64,000 nt of DNA from Octopus sinensis (lineage: Eukaryota), in NCBI RefSeq assembly GCF_006345805.1, contig NC_042997.1, positions 109,864,001-109,928,000 of the forward strand, in the 5' to 3' direction. A model generated the notes under the pieces. The model was not told where the DNA came from. It saw only the letters and a program-made list of their open reading frames with translations, and ran no database searches. The translations under genes and the position numbers were made by a program. This document shows positions 38,484-51,352 of the stretch, in pieces (position 1 is the first letter of the stretch; each line of letters starts with the position of its first letter).

Positions 38484-39530
38484 TGTATGTATAATGTTGA
38501 ATATCTGCTGTGATTTTGGATGTTTGTTTTAGCAAAGAGAGACCAGTGAAATCTTGTGTTAACCTCATTACCTCCAATCATCCGCTGTGAGTATTTTTAT
38601 CGTTAGACATTGAAGGACGGATTCCATTATCATAAAGTTGCTTTCACAACACTTACACACCAGCGTTGGTGACAGGGTTACAGCGTTGTTTATTTATAAA
38701 TCTATTTATATATATATACAATTTTCTTCTTCCTTGAGATAGTGTCATCAGCTAAAAATTGTGTTTATTAAAAAACATTTCTCTCAAAATATACAGACAC
38801 ATTCAGAAGGAGTGTTTACGTTAGAGAGAGAGAGAGAGAGAAAGCGAGAGCATTACGTTGATACGTTCATTTGTGTACATGTATATGTACTATTATCCAT
38901 ATATATATAGATAGATAGATAGACAGACAGATGTGCCCTTTGGGAAATTTCCTCTATAATATTTTGGACAATATGAATGTTTCTGAAGAAAAGAGAAATT
39001 GGTTTCTGTCAATATTGGCTCTTATTGGATTTAAAATATGGCTGTGTATTCCATTCCTCCCATTTATGTATTTCCTGCTGCTGCATATGTGGCGGCAATT
39101 GTATTTATTGGCGACATAATAACGTAGGCTTAAGCACACTCTTTCCTTTTACTCCAAGGTTTATATATATTTGGTTTCTTAGAGAGCTAAACAACATTAT
39201 ATATATATATATAAAAGAAAAAGAAAGAAATCGTTTGTTTAGAATATGGAATCATTCTTATATCAGATTATATATTCAAGTCTACAAACGCCTACGTGCC
39301 AACTTACAGACATACTTGATCCCGCACCCGCATTCTATATTTGGAAGGACCCATTTTAAACTTTGTTGGACTTTACCCATAAGGTATTGGAATCTTACAT
39401 ATATACCATTCTGCCTAAAAAATGGATCTACAATTTCAATATCCCTACATGTCTTGCATCTGTTCTCTTTCCTCCACCTCACTCTCTATTTTGTATCACA
39501 TCTAAACTAACTATGATCATCCTCTCACAC

Positions 39531-39585
39531 CGTCTCCGATGAAGGAATATAATTGATAAATATCCTGGAAACAGCTATAAGACCG
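39531..39585 (+). ncRNA. Degenerate hammerhead motif (two substitutions: core U4>C and stem III G>A)
   Basis: GTCT CCGATGA AGGAATAT aattgataa ATATCCT G GAAACAGCTATA AGAC. Stems I and II pair; CTGATGA>CCGATGA and GTA>ATA. Confidence 0.55.
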
Positions 39586-39807
39586 TCTATCCATAAATGT
39601 TCTAATATCTACACAGCCTTGGTTTTTTATCTCATTACGCAAAAAATTATATATATATATATATATATCAACAATTGAGGGTAAAATTAATTAATTAATC
39701 AATTTCACCAAGTATTCAGTATGCAAAGGGACCATTCAAGGCGAATTCAAATTATTACATTATATAAAAGGGCTTATTTATTTTACTAAGCCCTTTTATA
39801 TAATGTA

Positions 39808-39853
<46 letters not shown>

Positions 39854-39892
39854 GTATGTATATATACACACGTACACAATCATACATATATA

Positions 39893-40031
39893 CAGTAATA
39901 CCTCGCCATACCGCGGAGTCCTCAATATCGCGGGTTTCTGCGGCCGATAGGTATTTATATTTTTTTTAGATTTCAATCATCTCTGTGGGAGATTTTGGAA
40001 TGTAACACCCGCGATAGTCAAGGAATTGCTG
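39893..40031. mobile_element. pogo/Tigger-like MITE, copy 2 (opposite orientation, shorter)
   Basis: TA|CAGTAATACCTCGCCATACCGCG ... CGCGATAGTCAAGGAATTGCTG|TA. The right end matches the reverse complement of copy 1's left end over about 40 nt. Confidence 0.75.
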
Positions 40032-40061
40032 TATACATGCATACACACACACACACACACA

Positions 40062-40092
<31 letters not shown>

Positions 40093-40103
40093 ATATATAC
40101 ATA

Positions 40104-40162
<59 letters not shown>

Positions 40163-40173
40163 GTGCATATATA

Positions 40174-40214
<41 letters not shown>

Positions 40215-40324
40215 CACACACACACACACACACACATACACATATATACAAAAATTCGTCAACAAAATGAGAAACGAGAACATCAAAAACAAAGACATAG
40301 AAAGCGAGCATATATATATATGCT

Positions 40325-40625
40325 ACCTTGGGTAAGTGTCTTCTACGTATATCCTCAGCCCGACCAAAGCCTTGTGAGTGAATTTGGTAGGTGGAAACTG
40401 AAAGAAGATTGTCGTATATATATAAATATATGTGTGTGTGTTTGTCCCCCCACCATCGCTTGACAACCAATGTTGGTGTCTTTACGTTCCCGTAAATTTA
40501 GCGGTTCGACAAAAGAGGCCGATAGAATAAGTACTAGGCTTACAAAGAATAAATTCCTGAGGGTGGGGGGGTCTATTTGTGCTCCAGCATGGCCGCAGTC
40601 AAAATGAGTGAAACAATAAAAGAGT
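40325..40625 (+). mobile_element. SINE family B, 5' truncated
   Basis: CCTTGGGTAAGTGTCTTC..GGAAACTGAAAGAAG..GTGCTCCAGCATGGCCGCAGTC. Confidence 0.88.
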
Positions 40626-41056
40626 ATATGTATGTATGTATCACACCCTTTCTCTTGACATCCTCTCTCTCCTTCACTCTTTCTGCCTTTATCTCTTCTT
40701 CTCTCCCTTTCGACGCTGCTGTAGTGGATTTCACAGACTTTCTGGTCTGTAGGAAATGCTGGAACATAGAATGTAACGTTACGTTAATGGTTATTGTCAA
40801 AGAAATAAGGAAAGCGAAAAGCTCTTTATGGCTTCCTCCGACACGGAAATGCAATGAAGTGCAAGAAATTAAGAGAAACATCAGATCAACGGCCACAACG
40901 CCATCTTCGTCGTTTTACAATTGAAATTATCATTATTGTTATTATTGTTGTTGTTGTTGTTGTTGTTGCCTTCATAGAACATCGTGGATCACGTGATTAA
41001 CTCTGCAGCGATGCACTCAGTTTATTACCTGTATTTTGTATGTGTTTATGTCTGCG

Positions 41057-41125
<69 letters not shown>

Positions 41126-41126
41126 G

Positions 41127-41158
<32 letters not shown>

Positions 41159-41295
41159 GCTAGCTAGCTAGCTAGCTATATATCCCTCTCTCTCTCTATA
41201 TATATATACATATACACACACAGATTCATATAGTGTCATCTCTCATCTCTATACATACATACATACATACATACATACATACACACACAGGTGAA

Positions 41296-41500
41296 CTAGT
41301 AGAGTGGGTATCGCATCGGAGAAAATGCTTCGTGGTATTTTGTTCGTCTTTATGTTCTGAGTTCAAATTCCTCCGACGTCTTCTTTGTCTTTCATCCTTT
41401 CGGAGTCGATAAAAGTAAGTATCAGTTGAACTCTGGGGTCCATATAATCAACTTACCCCTTTCTTCAAAATTGCTGACCTTGTGCCGCAATTTGAAACCA
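41296..41500 (+). mobile_element. SINE family A, degenerate
   Basis: TTCTGAGTTCAAATTCC..TTTCATCCTTTCGGAGTCGATAAAA. Confidence 0.82.
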
Positions 41501-41522
41501 TTGTTATTATTATTACTATTAA

Positions 41523-41579
<57 letters not shown>

Positions 41580-42265
41580 CACGCCACACGTACATAGGTG
41601 TATGTATCAATCTGTGTTGACCCATTTTTCCTTTTCTATCGTATATCTGTTGTTGTTCCCACTCGCCCTCTCTCTCTCTCCCCCTCTCTCTCTCCCTCCC
41701 TCTCTCTCTCTCTCTCTCCGTCTTGTTTGCTTGACTCTGTGTGTGTGTGTGTGTGTTTGTATATTTACACATACGCGCGTATAATCATGTATACAGACAC
41801 ATATACGCACGCGCATGTATATAGATATTCATTTATGAAGGACATTCGTTACCATGTTATGATGTAAAAAGGAACGCCATGTAGAGACATTTGACATCAA
41901 GAAGATATTGTGTCAAAGACAAATTCTGCAATATCTATGCTAACCACGTGGGAAAGCTATGAACGTATCGAAGCCTCCAGTGGAGACCTAAAACGAAATG
42001 GGCCCAAAAATAAATATTTCTGGAGAGAGCAGGCTGTTCATGTCGTATTTCTCAAACGGTTTTGAATTTCATATCTTTTTGACTCATACATTCGAGAAAC
42101 ATCAGTCAAATGGCTGAATATTGCATATTCCCGTAGGAGGCGCTGGCGTTTCTGGTTGCTTTTGTCATACAACATATATTGAAATTATACTAAGAACGTT
42201 TACTTTATACACGCACAACATACACAAGCGTATAACTGTGTGTGGCTCCATCTCGCTCTCTGTTT

Positions 42266-42314
<49 letters not shown>

Positions 42315-43029
42315 TGATAATAATAATAATAATGATGATGATGAGTGCCTCATAAATATAAATATAGAATCTGGAAAGTAGAAGAGAAGCGAAGACATTG
42401 CATTGATGACGTCACAAATTGCAACAAAAGGGCACTACCAAACCTAACGGATTCATTGATTTATCGATAAATTAAATGGTAAATCAAGCAATCGATTTAT
42501 TAATTACATAAATCGTAAACAAATTTCATTAATTATAATAAAAGAAGTTAAATAGAACCAGTGTGTGTTTCTTATTAGCAAGATGGCCGTCGCAGAACTC
42601 AACAAAATTTCTTTAATATTTATTGTGATTTCGAATCAAATGACCAATAAATGCGGTATATGATCTCCACTGTCCCTATTAGTAGCAAGGATTTGGCGTT
42701 TCCTTTTTCATACCCAACGTTTGTCATGAAAGGCAAAAAGTTCAGAATATTTTTTGGTATTTAAGTATATCTTCCACATTCATTATGACTTTTGAATGTT
42801 TACGATATTTAAAAACGTGATTCCTTTGTTTCCATACAGAAATGTCTCTTTAGCGATGAATTTGCTTTGTTATGGTTGAAAACTGTACTAATTAACCATC
42901 TCATACACATCGCTGCCAAAACTATCGACAGTGACGGATGGAATCGCCATGGTAGAGAAGGGATTTCATTACATTCTTCTATATAGGATATTGAGTACGT
43001 CTTCTTTGTACAAGCTACTCATAGCGGCG

Positions 43030-43340
43030 GCAATTGACTGGCACTCCGTCGGTTACGACGACGAGGTTTCCAGTTGATGCGATCAACGGAACAGCCTGCT
43101 CGTGAAATTATCATACAAATTGGCTGAGCGCTCCACAGACACGTATACCCTTTACGTAGTTCTCAGGGTGATTCAGCTTGACACAGAAAGTGACAAGGCT
43201 GGCCCTTTGAAATACGGGTACAATTTATTCTTTTCAGGTGCCTGGACTGAAGCAACGTCAAATAAAGTGTCTTGCTCAAGGTCACAACGCGCCGCCTACA
43301 ATCGTGAGCTGAATACCTTAACCAGTTAGCCACATGCTTT
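43030..43340 (-). mobile_element. SINE family C
   Basis: CACTCCGTCGGTTACGACGACGAGG..CAACGGAACAGCCTGCTCGTGAAATT..AAAGTGTCTTGCTCAAGG. Confidence 0.88.
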
Positions 43341-43933
43341 CACACAGCTACGGTTATGTGCTGTGGAGTTACATCAGAATGAAGAACAGATAATTCATCT
43401 CAATAGACTTGCCAAAGTTCTACAAAAGCATCCCTCAAATAATCACTTCCATTTCTTCAACTTTGAGAAACTATTGGAAAGTCTCTCAAGTAAAGTATTT
43501 GATATATCTTGGCATGTTTTTTTTTATTTTCGTCTGCCTATAAGGAATGGAGCCTGGCTCATAAAATTCAACTGGAGAAGTTCGGGAGGAAATTACTGTC
43601 TTTAGTGGACGAGTTGCTTTGGTCAAATGTCATTGATTCCATTTGAGGTTGGATGAAGATGAAGCTGTGTTCCACAATTGCTGCCAGACAATACTTTTAT
43701 GGCAACCTCTACATTCAACTAATCTTTTGTCGATTTCTTTTTTTTATTATCATTATTCTTTGAGAGAAAATATCCGTCAGCATCTGTTTATGGTATTTTT
43801 CTGAACGACGCCAAAGTGTTAGGAAGATTTATCGAACTACTTCGATTGCTAAGCTTCTTAAACGTAATTCTTTACATTTTCTGGTTTTTCTCAGATGCTG
43901 CAGTTAAGTGCTTTCCTTGCTGTCTTCCCTCCT

Positions 43934-43983
<50 letters not shown>

Positions 43984-44447
43984 TTCCAATCTGCAGCTTA
44001 CACTCAATATATTAAACAGCAGCCATGTTAAATTGCAACACCATCTTTAATGTATTAGTCGGTACACGTGTGTGTGTCTGTGTGTAATATTCCATTATCC
44101 AAGTAGACTGATTAAAAGCGAATTTACCTTCCACCCCTTCCCGTCTAATTACACTTTCTAAATAGATTTACATCAAAATCAGAAAGTTCATTATCTACCA
44201 AAACTGCTAACATTACACAGTAAATGACTCGGTAAGCATGAAGCACATGAGTCTCTGAAGAATTTCCTGAGAGAAAAATCTCCAAGAATCCTCTCTCCAT
44301 ATTATAGCACCAGATACAAATTACCGCAATTGTTAAAATCTGAGATACAATGTCTCAGATGAGAGCAATATTTCCTGGGATTCTTTAATCTTCGGCTTCC
44401 TGACCGTTTCTTGCTACTGTAAGCTTTATTTCTAAAATTCTTCTAAC

Positions 44448-44590
44448 TGTTGCTGCCCAACCACATGGTTCCGGGTCCAGTCCATTTCGAGGTACTTTGG
44501 GCAACTTCCCTTCTGCTATATCCTCGAGCAGACCAAAGCCTTGCGAGTGGATTTGGCTGGCGGAAACTGAAAGAAGCCCGTCGTATATAT
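44448..44590 (+). mobile_element. SINE family B, 5' half
   Basis: CCCAACCACATGGTTCCGGG..GGAAACTGAAAGAAGCCCGTCGTATAT. Confidence 0.85.
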
Positions 44591-44595
44591 ATATA

Positions 44596-44715
44596 TATCA
44601 AATGTGAGGATAAAATTCTTTTCGGAAAAAATATTCTCTCGAAAAAGATTTTATCAATGGCCAGCATATTGGACATATTGTCCATTAACCATATAATTTT
44701 TTCACAATACACACG
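44596..44715. repeat. Internally deleted direct copy of the left arm of the 45011 element
   Basis: TCAAATGTGAGGATAAAATTCTTTTCG...TTTTATCAATGGCCAGCATATT joined directly to GGACATATTGTCCATTAACCATATAATTTTTTCACAATAC. Confidence 0.8.
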
Positions 44716-44760
44716 CTACTCGAAAAAAGGTCGACAGAAATTTCTAAAAAATTCCATTAT

Positions 44761-44818
44761 TACCATATCGGACCGATTTCAGGGTTAGCTTATAACAGCC
44801 CTCCCTTCGTCAGTGATA
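44761..44818 (-). ncRNA. Minimal type I hammerhead ribozyme motif, all core nucleotides intact
   Basis: Minus strand: TATCA CTGACGA AGGG AGGGCTGTTATAAGCTAA CCCT GAA ATCGG T CCGAT A TGGTA. Stem I TATCA/TGGTA, stem II AGGG/CCCT plus GCT/AGC, palindromic stem III ATCGG/CCGAT, AUA cleavage triplet. Confidence 0.75.
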
Positions 44819-45010
44819 CATGTGGCAAAAGAAATTAATGAGATACTTACTCACACCCATGGAAGAAGCAAATACTAAGTCATGGGCACAACTAAGTACC
44901 CCAAATACATCCAAAATAGAAATACTCCAGCCCATTCGAGGCACGTGCGATTTGAACTGAGGCTCTCACAGAGTGAGTTAGTTAGTTCGGAAGTGAACGC
45001 TTAAATTTAT

Positions 45011-45240
45011 GTCAAATGTGAGGATAAAATTCTTTTCGAAAAATATTTTATCAATGGCCAGCATATTAAAAATACCTTTAACGGTTAAATTTATAAACAA
45101 TTTATAAATGAGGGCAAAGGAAAAAAATTTCTAATGCCAAATATGCCGAAAAATTGGACATATTGTCCATTAACCATATAATTTTTTCACAATACGCACG
45201 CATATTTGGCATTAGAAATCTTCCTTTGCCCTCATTTATG

Positions 45241-45285
<45 letters not shown>

Positions 45286-45569
45286 ATAAACAAAGGCATA
45301 AGAAAAATATTCTAATGCCAAATATGCCGAAAATAGACAATTCGTCAATAATCATATAATTTATCACTATATTATTACTTTGAGACGCGTGCTTATAGTG
45401 ATAAATTATATGGTTATTGACGATTTGTCTATTTTCGGCATATTTGGAATTAGAATTTTTTTCTTTTGCTCTTGTTTATAAGTTATTTATAAATTTAACC
45501 TTTAAAGGTATTTTTTAATATTCTGGCCCTTGATAGAATTTTTTTCGAAAAATTTTATCCTATATTAGA

Positions 45570-45570
<1 letters not shown>
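45011..45570. mobile_element. AT-rich palindromic (fold-back/MITE-like) element with nested inverted arms
   Basis: 45011-45195 is mirrored by about 45395-45570; inner arms 45283-45371 and 45394-45482 surround a 22-nt loop; short reverse arm about 45200-45243. Confidence 0.8.
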
Positions 45571-45625
<55 letters not shown>

Positions 45626-45724
45626 GTCGGGGTACAATATGCACCTGCTTGCCTATTTTTGTTATGTTAACTGGCTACTGTATCATAATTTTTTTAAAGA
45701 TAATGGTAATTTATTTTGAAGTTA

Positions 45725-45935
45725 TATATGTATATGTGTGTGGGAGTGTCTGTTCACTACCATCGCTTGACACCCGGTGTTCGTGTATTTACGTTCCCGG
45801 AGCTTAGGGGTTCTGCAGAAGACGCCGATAGAGTAAGTACCCAGCTTTAAAAAGTACATGTTCTAGGATCGATTCCTTCGACTAAAATTCTTGAACGCCG
45901 TGCCTCAGCATGGTTGCAGTAACAAATAAAAGAAT
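45725..45935 (+). mobile_element. SINE family B, 3' half
   Basis: CCATCGCTTGACACCGGTG..GTGCCTCAGCATGGTTGCAG. Confidence 0.75.
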
Positions 45936-47000
45936 GAATGATATCCAACCTAAATTTGGTAATTTTTGGCCGTTGTCTTTTGTAAGCAACCATTACAATT
46001 ATTATCTGGACTATAAGATATGAAGAGGTGATCTCTTGGATAAAGCCTCGTACCGTGGTATCGGCACTTAACGACGTCTCGATCAAGACAACATTGTTGA
46101 GAGTCACGTGTTGTAAAATAAATTAGGGACAGCAAGTGTTAACTCTTTGTGATCTTAAAGTAATAAGTTCAAGTCCTGGGCAAGATATATGATGGTATTT
46201 ACCATGGACCCCAATTCTAGGCCGAATAACGAAACATAGTACTGTGACCAACATGTCCAGGAATCGGAGATGGGAAGGCCTGTAGTCAGGTGTCGACGAC
46301 ACAGGCCTATTTGTGTGTGCAGTCTGTGCTTGAAGGGTAAACTGGAGAAAGTAAGAGACTAGAAGAGGAAACGAAATAAACAGGCAGAAAGCAATGAGGA
46401 AACCCCGGTTGTTTTTCTCAAGGAAAATCATGAAACTTCAGAATTTGTTATGAAGGTACAAGATTGTCGGCACGTTAGAGCATGGCACTTGAAGAAGATG
46501 TGACTTCATACCCTTCTACAAACATAGTTTTTAATGTTGGTGATGTGCCAGGAGCAGTAGCTATCGGTTTCTGCCATTGTAGCATCGATTGTATAGGGTT
46601 GCTGTTAAGGATTTCTGGCGTAAACACAGGTTTATATTTTGTGTAGGTGCTTAGTCAATTAGACTAACCCCAGCACTTGACTCCTGTTTAATATATGAGT
46701 CCCTGGATGATGAGAAGCAGAGTAGATCGCCTACCGGATTTGAACTGATGTCCAAACCAGCCGTGATTAAACCACGCAACACTTTGTATTCGATGTTCTC
46801 TCGTTTCTGGCGTCCATTCCTTTTAATGTCACTATTTTAAAATAGAGTCACTTCTGCAGGATATGAAATAATGTAAAGGTGACCAAAGGTGTCTCTGATA
46901 ACCACTGCAGTTCAAAACATGTCCTGTAATCCGGCTTAGACGTTGAATTTAACTAATTTATAACGAGTAAAACTATCTGTACATCTGATTGTTTACTAAA

Positions 47001-47046
<46 letters not shown>

Positions 47047-47883
47047 GTGTGTGTGCGTGCGTGTGTGTGTGTGTGTCTGTGTGTGTGTGTGTGTGTAAGA
47101 GGTTCCCACCAATCTCTTCAATGTTTGTTCTCTGTGTTGCTAATTCAATATCAAAAGCTGACCGATGCCAAAAGTAGGATGAAAGGTTATGGCCGAACAC
47201 TGGCTTTGATTAGCAGCTTTCCTGCTATCACTCGCAGAAACAATAGAATTAATAAAGATAGGAATTGGTTAGAGAAGACACAAGTGGAATTGAAATACAA
47301 GGATTCCATTGTTGTCATTACAACGTGTATAATTGCTATTGAGGAGTGGTGGCGGCGGTGGTGGTGGCGGTGGTGGTGGTGGTGGTGGTGGTGGTGGTGG
47401 GTGGTGGTGGTGGTTTGATGGATTCGATTTAGCTCACTTCCTGTGTACATATTTCTAATGTCTGTATACAGCAATTCGCTATTAATTATCGGCTAAATCA
47501 ATAGTAGTTTTAATACACCAAGTGACTGCGTGTGTGTTTTGATGTGTGTGTGTGTGTGTGTGTGTGTGTGCGGGCGCCTCTGTCGTCGACGTTCGCCCCT
47601 GTGCATTGTGAAGATCGAGCTCCCAGTTTTATTACATTTCCTTATCTTGCCCTGCTTATAACATTTTATTATACACACACCACACACACACACACACACA
47701 CACTGACGCGCACACGAAACAAACACATACACAAATACACATTGACACACATACAGAAAGAGAGAAAGAGAGAGAGCGAGAGAGAGGCTCACATCAAACA
47801 AAGGTATGAGGATTACCTGGAAGCCGCGATGTATGATATCTAACGCACAGACGTACTCCACATACACACACACACACACACAC

Positions 47884-47924
<41 letters not shown>

Positions 47925-48349
47925 GTTATATTTCTGATGATTGTAGTCGACCAATATCGGACTGGTCGATGATCTAGCAGACACCAACAAACACACTCCT
48001 ATGATGTTTTCCTAGGAAATCGAACAAATACGTTATTGTGGGATCACTTTGGAGAGCTTGAGTCGCTTGAATCGCATCCCTGCCCCAGATCTTATTTTAA
48101 GTCGGATTCATAAGGGGAACGCAAACAAACTAACGGCGGTTGTTCAGAGGTGATATATAAACAAAATGCAAATACGTGCACATGCACGCGCACATGTATA
48201 GACGTATGTATGCGTTGGTTTTTTTGTGTGTGATGTGTGCTGCGTGTGTCGTTATAACGATGGAATGTCTTTATTTTCAGATGCGGTTGCTCTCACGACA
48301 CGTATTGAGTGCTCTTCTCTTTCGTTTACACACACATGCACTCACACAT

Positions 48350-48392
<43 letters not shown>

Positions 48393-48517
48393 TGCATGCA
48401 CACGCGTGCGCGCACACACACAATGTAACGTAATGTTGTTTAGCCCCGACCTCTTTGATCAAAGGTTTGATTGAAGAAAAGACGTTTCGGATGACCCCCA
48501 TCCAGCATTTTGGTATA

Positions 48518-48570
<53 letters not shown>

Positions 48571-49217
48571 TAAGTAATATCATTAAGATGGTGGTGGGGA
48601 GAATATTATGATGATGATTGGAAGAGATGAAGCGAAATATAAATGAGGTAGTAGTGAGATCGAAATGAATAGTTTTGATGATGATGATGATGACGGCTGC
48701 GGTTAATTTAGTTGGATGCGGTGGGGGAAATGGAGAGGTTGTTATTATTTTACATGGTAGATATGACGTTGATGTGCATAAAGATGGCGGCTTTGATAAT
48801 GTCTTTGAGAAGGACCAGTTAGTTGATAAGAATTGATAATGGCGACGGTGAAGGTTGTTTAAAATAAGGGAGAGGAACAGTGGGAGGTCAATGATAACGA
48901 TAGTAACGATGTGGAAAATGGGTTCCTGGTACGAATTGTTACTGGTATTTATATTGTGAAATATCTTTGTGTCCTTTTCTCTCACTATGTACTCATATTA
49001 ATTCGTGTAGCTGAGACTTCTATTCGTTGATAGTACTCTATATCTAATTTTAGTTTGTCAGGGCTATGAGTATTGCCTGTGTATAATAAATAAATGGGGG
49101 AAAAGGAATGTCGAAAACAACCGCAATTAAAAATGTGCTTATATGCTTATATACACATTAAGATAACTTTGCAGAACATCTAGATGTTTCTGTAACTAGT
49201 AGTTCGGTCGGTGATAG

Positions 49218-49357
<140 letters not shown>

Positions 49358-50059
49358 CTTTATATATATAATCACACGCGTATGTCATCCACGATATGTT
49401 GGATGTATATATAGCGGTTGAATCGCACAGAGTGCTAAGTAAGCGCGTTCATTAATATGCAGCCGAAAAGAACCCCGTCATATCAATAAGTATATCATGA
49501 AAAATATTGCCAGAGTCTTTTATTTGGAATCATATCTAGTTTGTAAAATAACCAATGTGCGATTCATGCGGGAACAAAACGCATATCAACTTTAGAAGAG
49601 GCATCTTCATTCGTTTAACCGAGGCATTTATTCAGTGAGAATGCTCTACAATTCATTAAAATGTGTGTATATGTGTGTGTTTAAAGTGCGCTGTCAGCAG
49701 CAGCAATCTGGAATTATCCGTTAAAAGAGAAAATGAAGAATAAATGAATGCGTATGATAATTATAAGTATGGACCTACAGCAAATGTCTGTATGTGTCTA
49801 GCGATGGACGTTAAGAGGGGATATGATCTTTATTGTAGCCTGAGAGAATTTATCAAAGTCTCGTAAAGTCTCCCGGTCGAGCTCGTCATCTGATTGTTTG
49901 GGGAATGTTCTTAAATAAGTATGTCACTCTCTCTCCAACTTCCCCCTCGTATTTGTAAATAATATATCCAATATTAAAAAGGTACATTATATACACACAA
50001 ACGTACACGTATATACATAATTACTTACATATACATATATACATGCATACATTGTATGT

Positions 50060-50340
50060 ATATATCTTTCACGTGACCGACCAGATGTTGCTACACATCG
50101 CTGATCACAATGCGTTCGCATTGTTTTAGCCTTCGAACGACGCCACCCCGCTGGCTAAGCGAGCAGGCCAACAGAAGAAAGAGTGGGAGAAAGAGTACAG
50201 CAGGGATCCCCCCCCCCCTGTCGGAGCCTCGTGGACCTTTTAGGTCTTTTCGCTCAATAAACACACACAACGCCCGGTCTGGGAATCGAAACCGCGATCC
50301 TCCGACCGCTAGTCCGCTGCCCTAACCACTGGGCCATTAT
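50060..50340 (-). mobile_element. tRNA-derived SINE family D
   Basis: Minus-strand A box TGGCCCAGTGG and B box GGTTTCGATTCC, followed by a non-tRNA body. Confidence 0.8.
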
Positions 50341-50349
50341 GTATGTGTG

Positions 50350-50383
<34 letters not shown>

Positions 50384-50911
50384 TACATACACAGCCGACA
50401 ACTGATGAAGGGTCGTTCCTTGTGTTGCTTGTCTTGTTTTCCATTTCGTTCTTTCGTTACTTGCAAAAAAAAGTCCTTATTCCATGTCTTCGTACTTCTT
50501 ATTTTTTGTTGTTTACGTTTTGTGACGTCCTGTGCCTACATATGCATACGTATATACGTATACATGTAAGTATGTACGTATACGTATGTATATATGCTTA
50601 TATATATGTGTGTGTATATATGTTATCTAACTGCATAACTATTTATAGTCATATTTATATATACATGAATACTGTAAATGCAATCTCTCTCTCTCTCAAT
50701 CTCTCTCTCTGTTATTTTCTAAGTATTTCTTTTATGAACCGTCTGTTTTTCTATGCTGATTGCTTTTACTCAAATTTCTTCTGGAAGAAGATTTTGTGCC
50801 ACAAGTAAAAAGTGTGGCGGTGGAATTGGGTGGAAACGCTAAAAATTATGAAACCTTTCAACATTTACCTTTATCTTACCCACTCACACTTCTACTTCTT
50901 TCTCTACTCCT

Positions 50912-50969
<58 letters not shown>

Positions 50970-51137
50970 TCCATCTATCCGTATCTTGTTAGAAATCTCT
51001 CTCTAAAATAAATGAATAAATAGACTGCAAAAAACGCAGAGAAACGAATGTTCTTCATTTTGATTTTTATCATCATCATCGGCGACGTTGTCGTCGTCGT
51101 CGTCGTCGTCGTTATTATTATTATTATTATTAAATAG

Positions 51138-51352
51138 GACAGTGAACTGGCAGAATCGTTAGCAGGCTGAGCGTAATGCTTAGCGGCATTTCGTCCGTCT
51201 TTACGTTGTGAGTTCAAATACCGCCGGGATCTGCTTCACCTTTCATCCTTTTGTGTTCGATAAACTAAATACCAGTTTAGTACTGGGGGTCGATGTAATC
51301 GACTTATCCCCTCCCTCAAAACTGTTGCTCTTGCACCAAAATTTGAAACCAT
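51138..51352 (+). mobile_element. SINE family A
   Basis: TGAACTGGCAGAATCGTTAGC..GAGTTCAAATACCGCC..TTTCATCC. Confidence 0.85.

Noticed and set aside
50400-50440. CTGATGA with AGGG/TCCT stem
   Set aside because: No GAAA follows, so it is not a hammerhead as it stands. The same applies to CTGANGA hits near 8721, 9004, 32749, 34857, 47934 and 59232.
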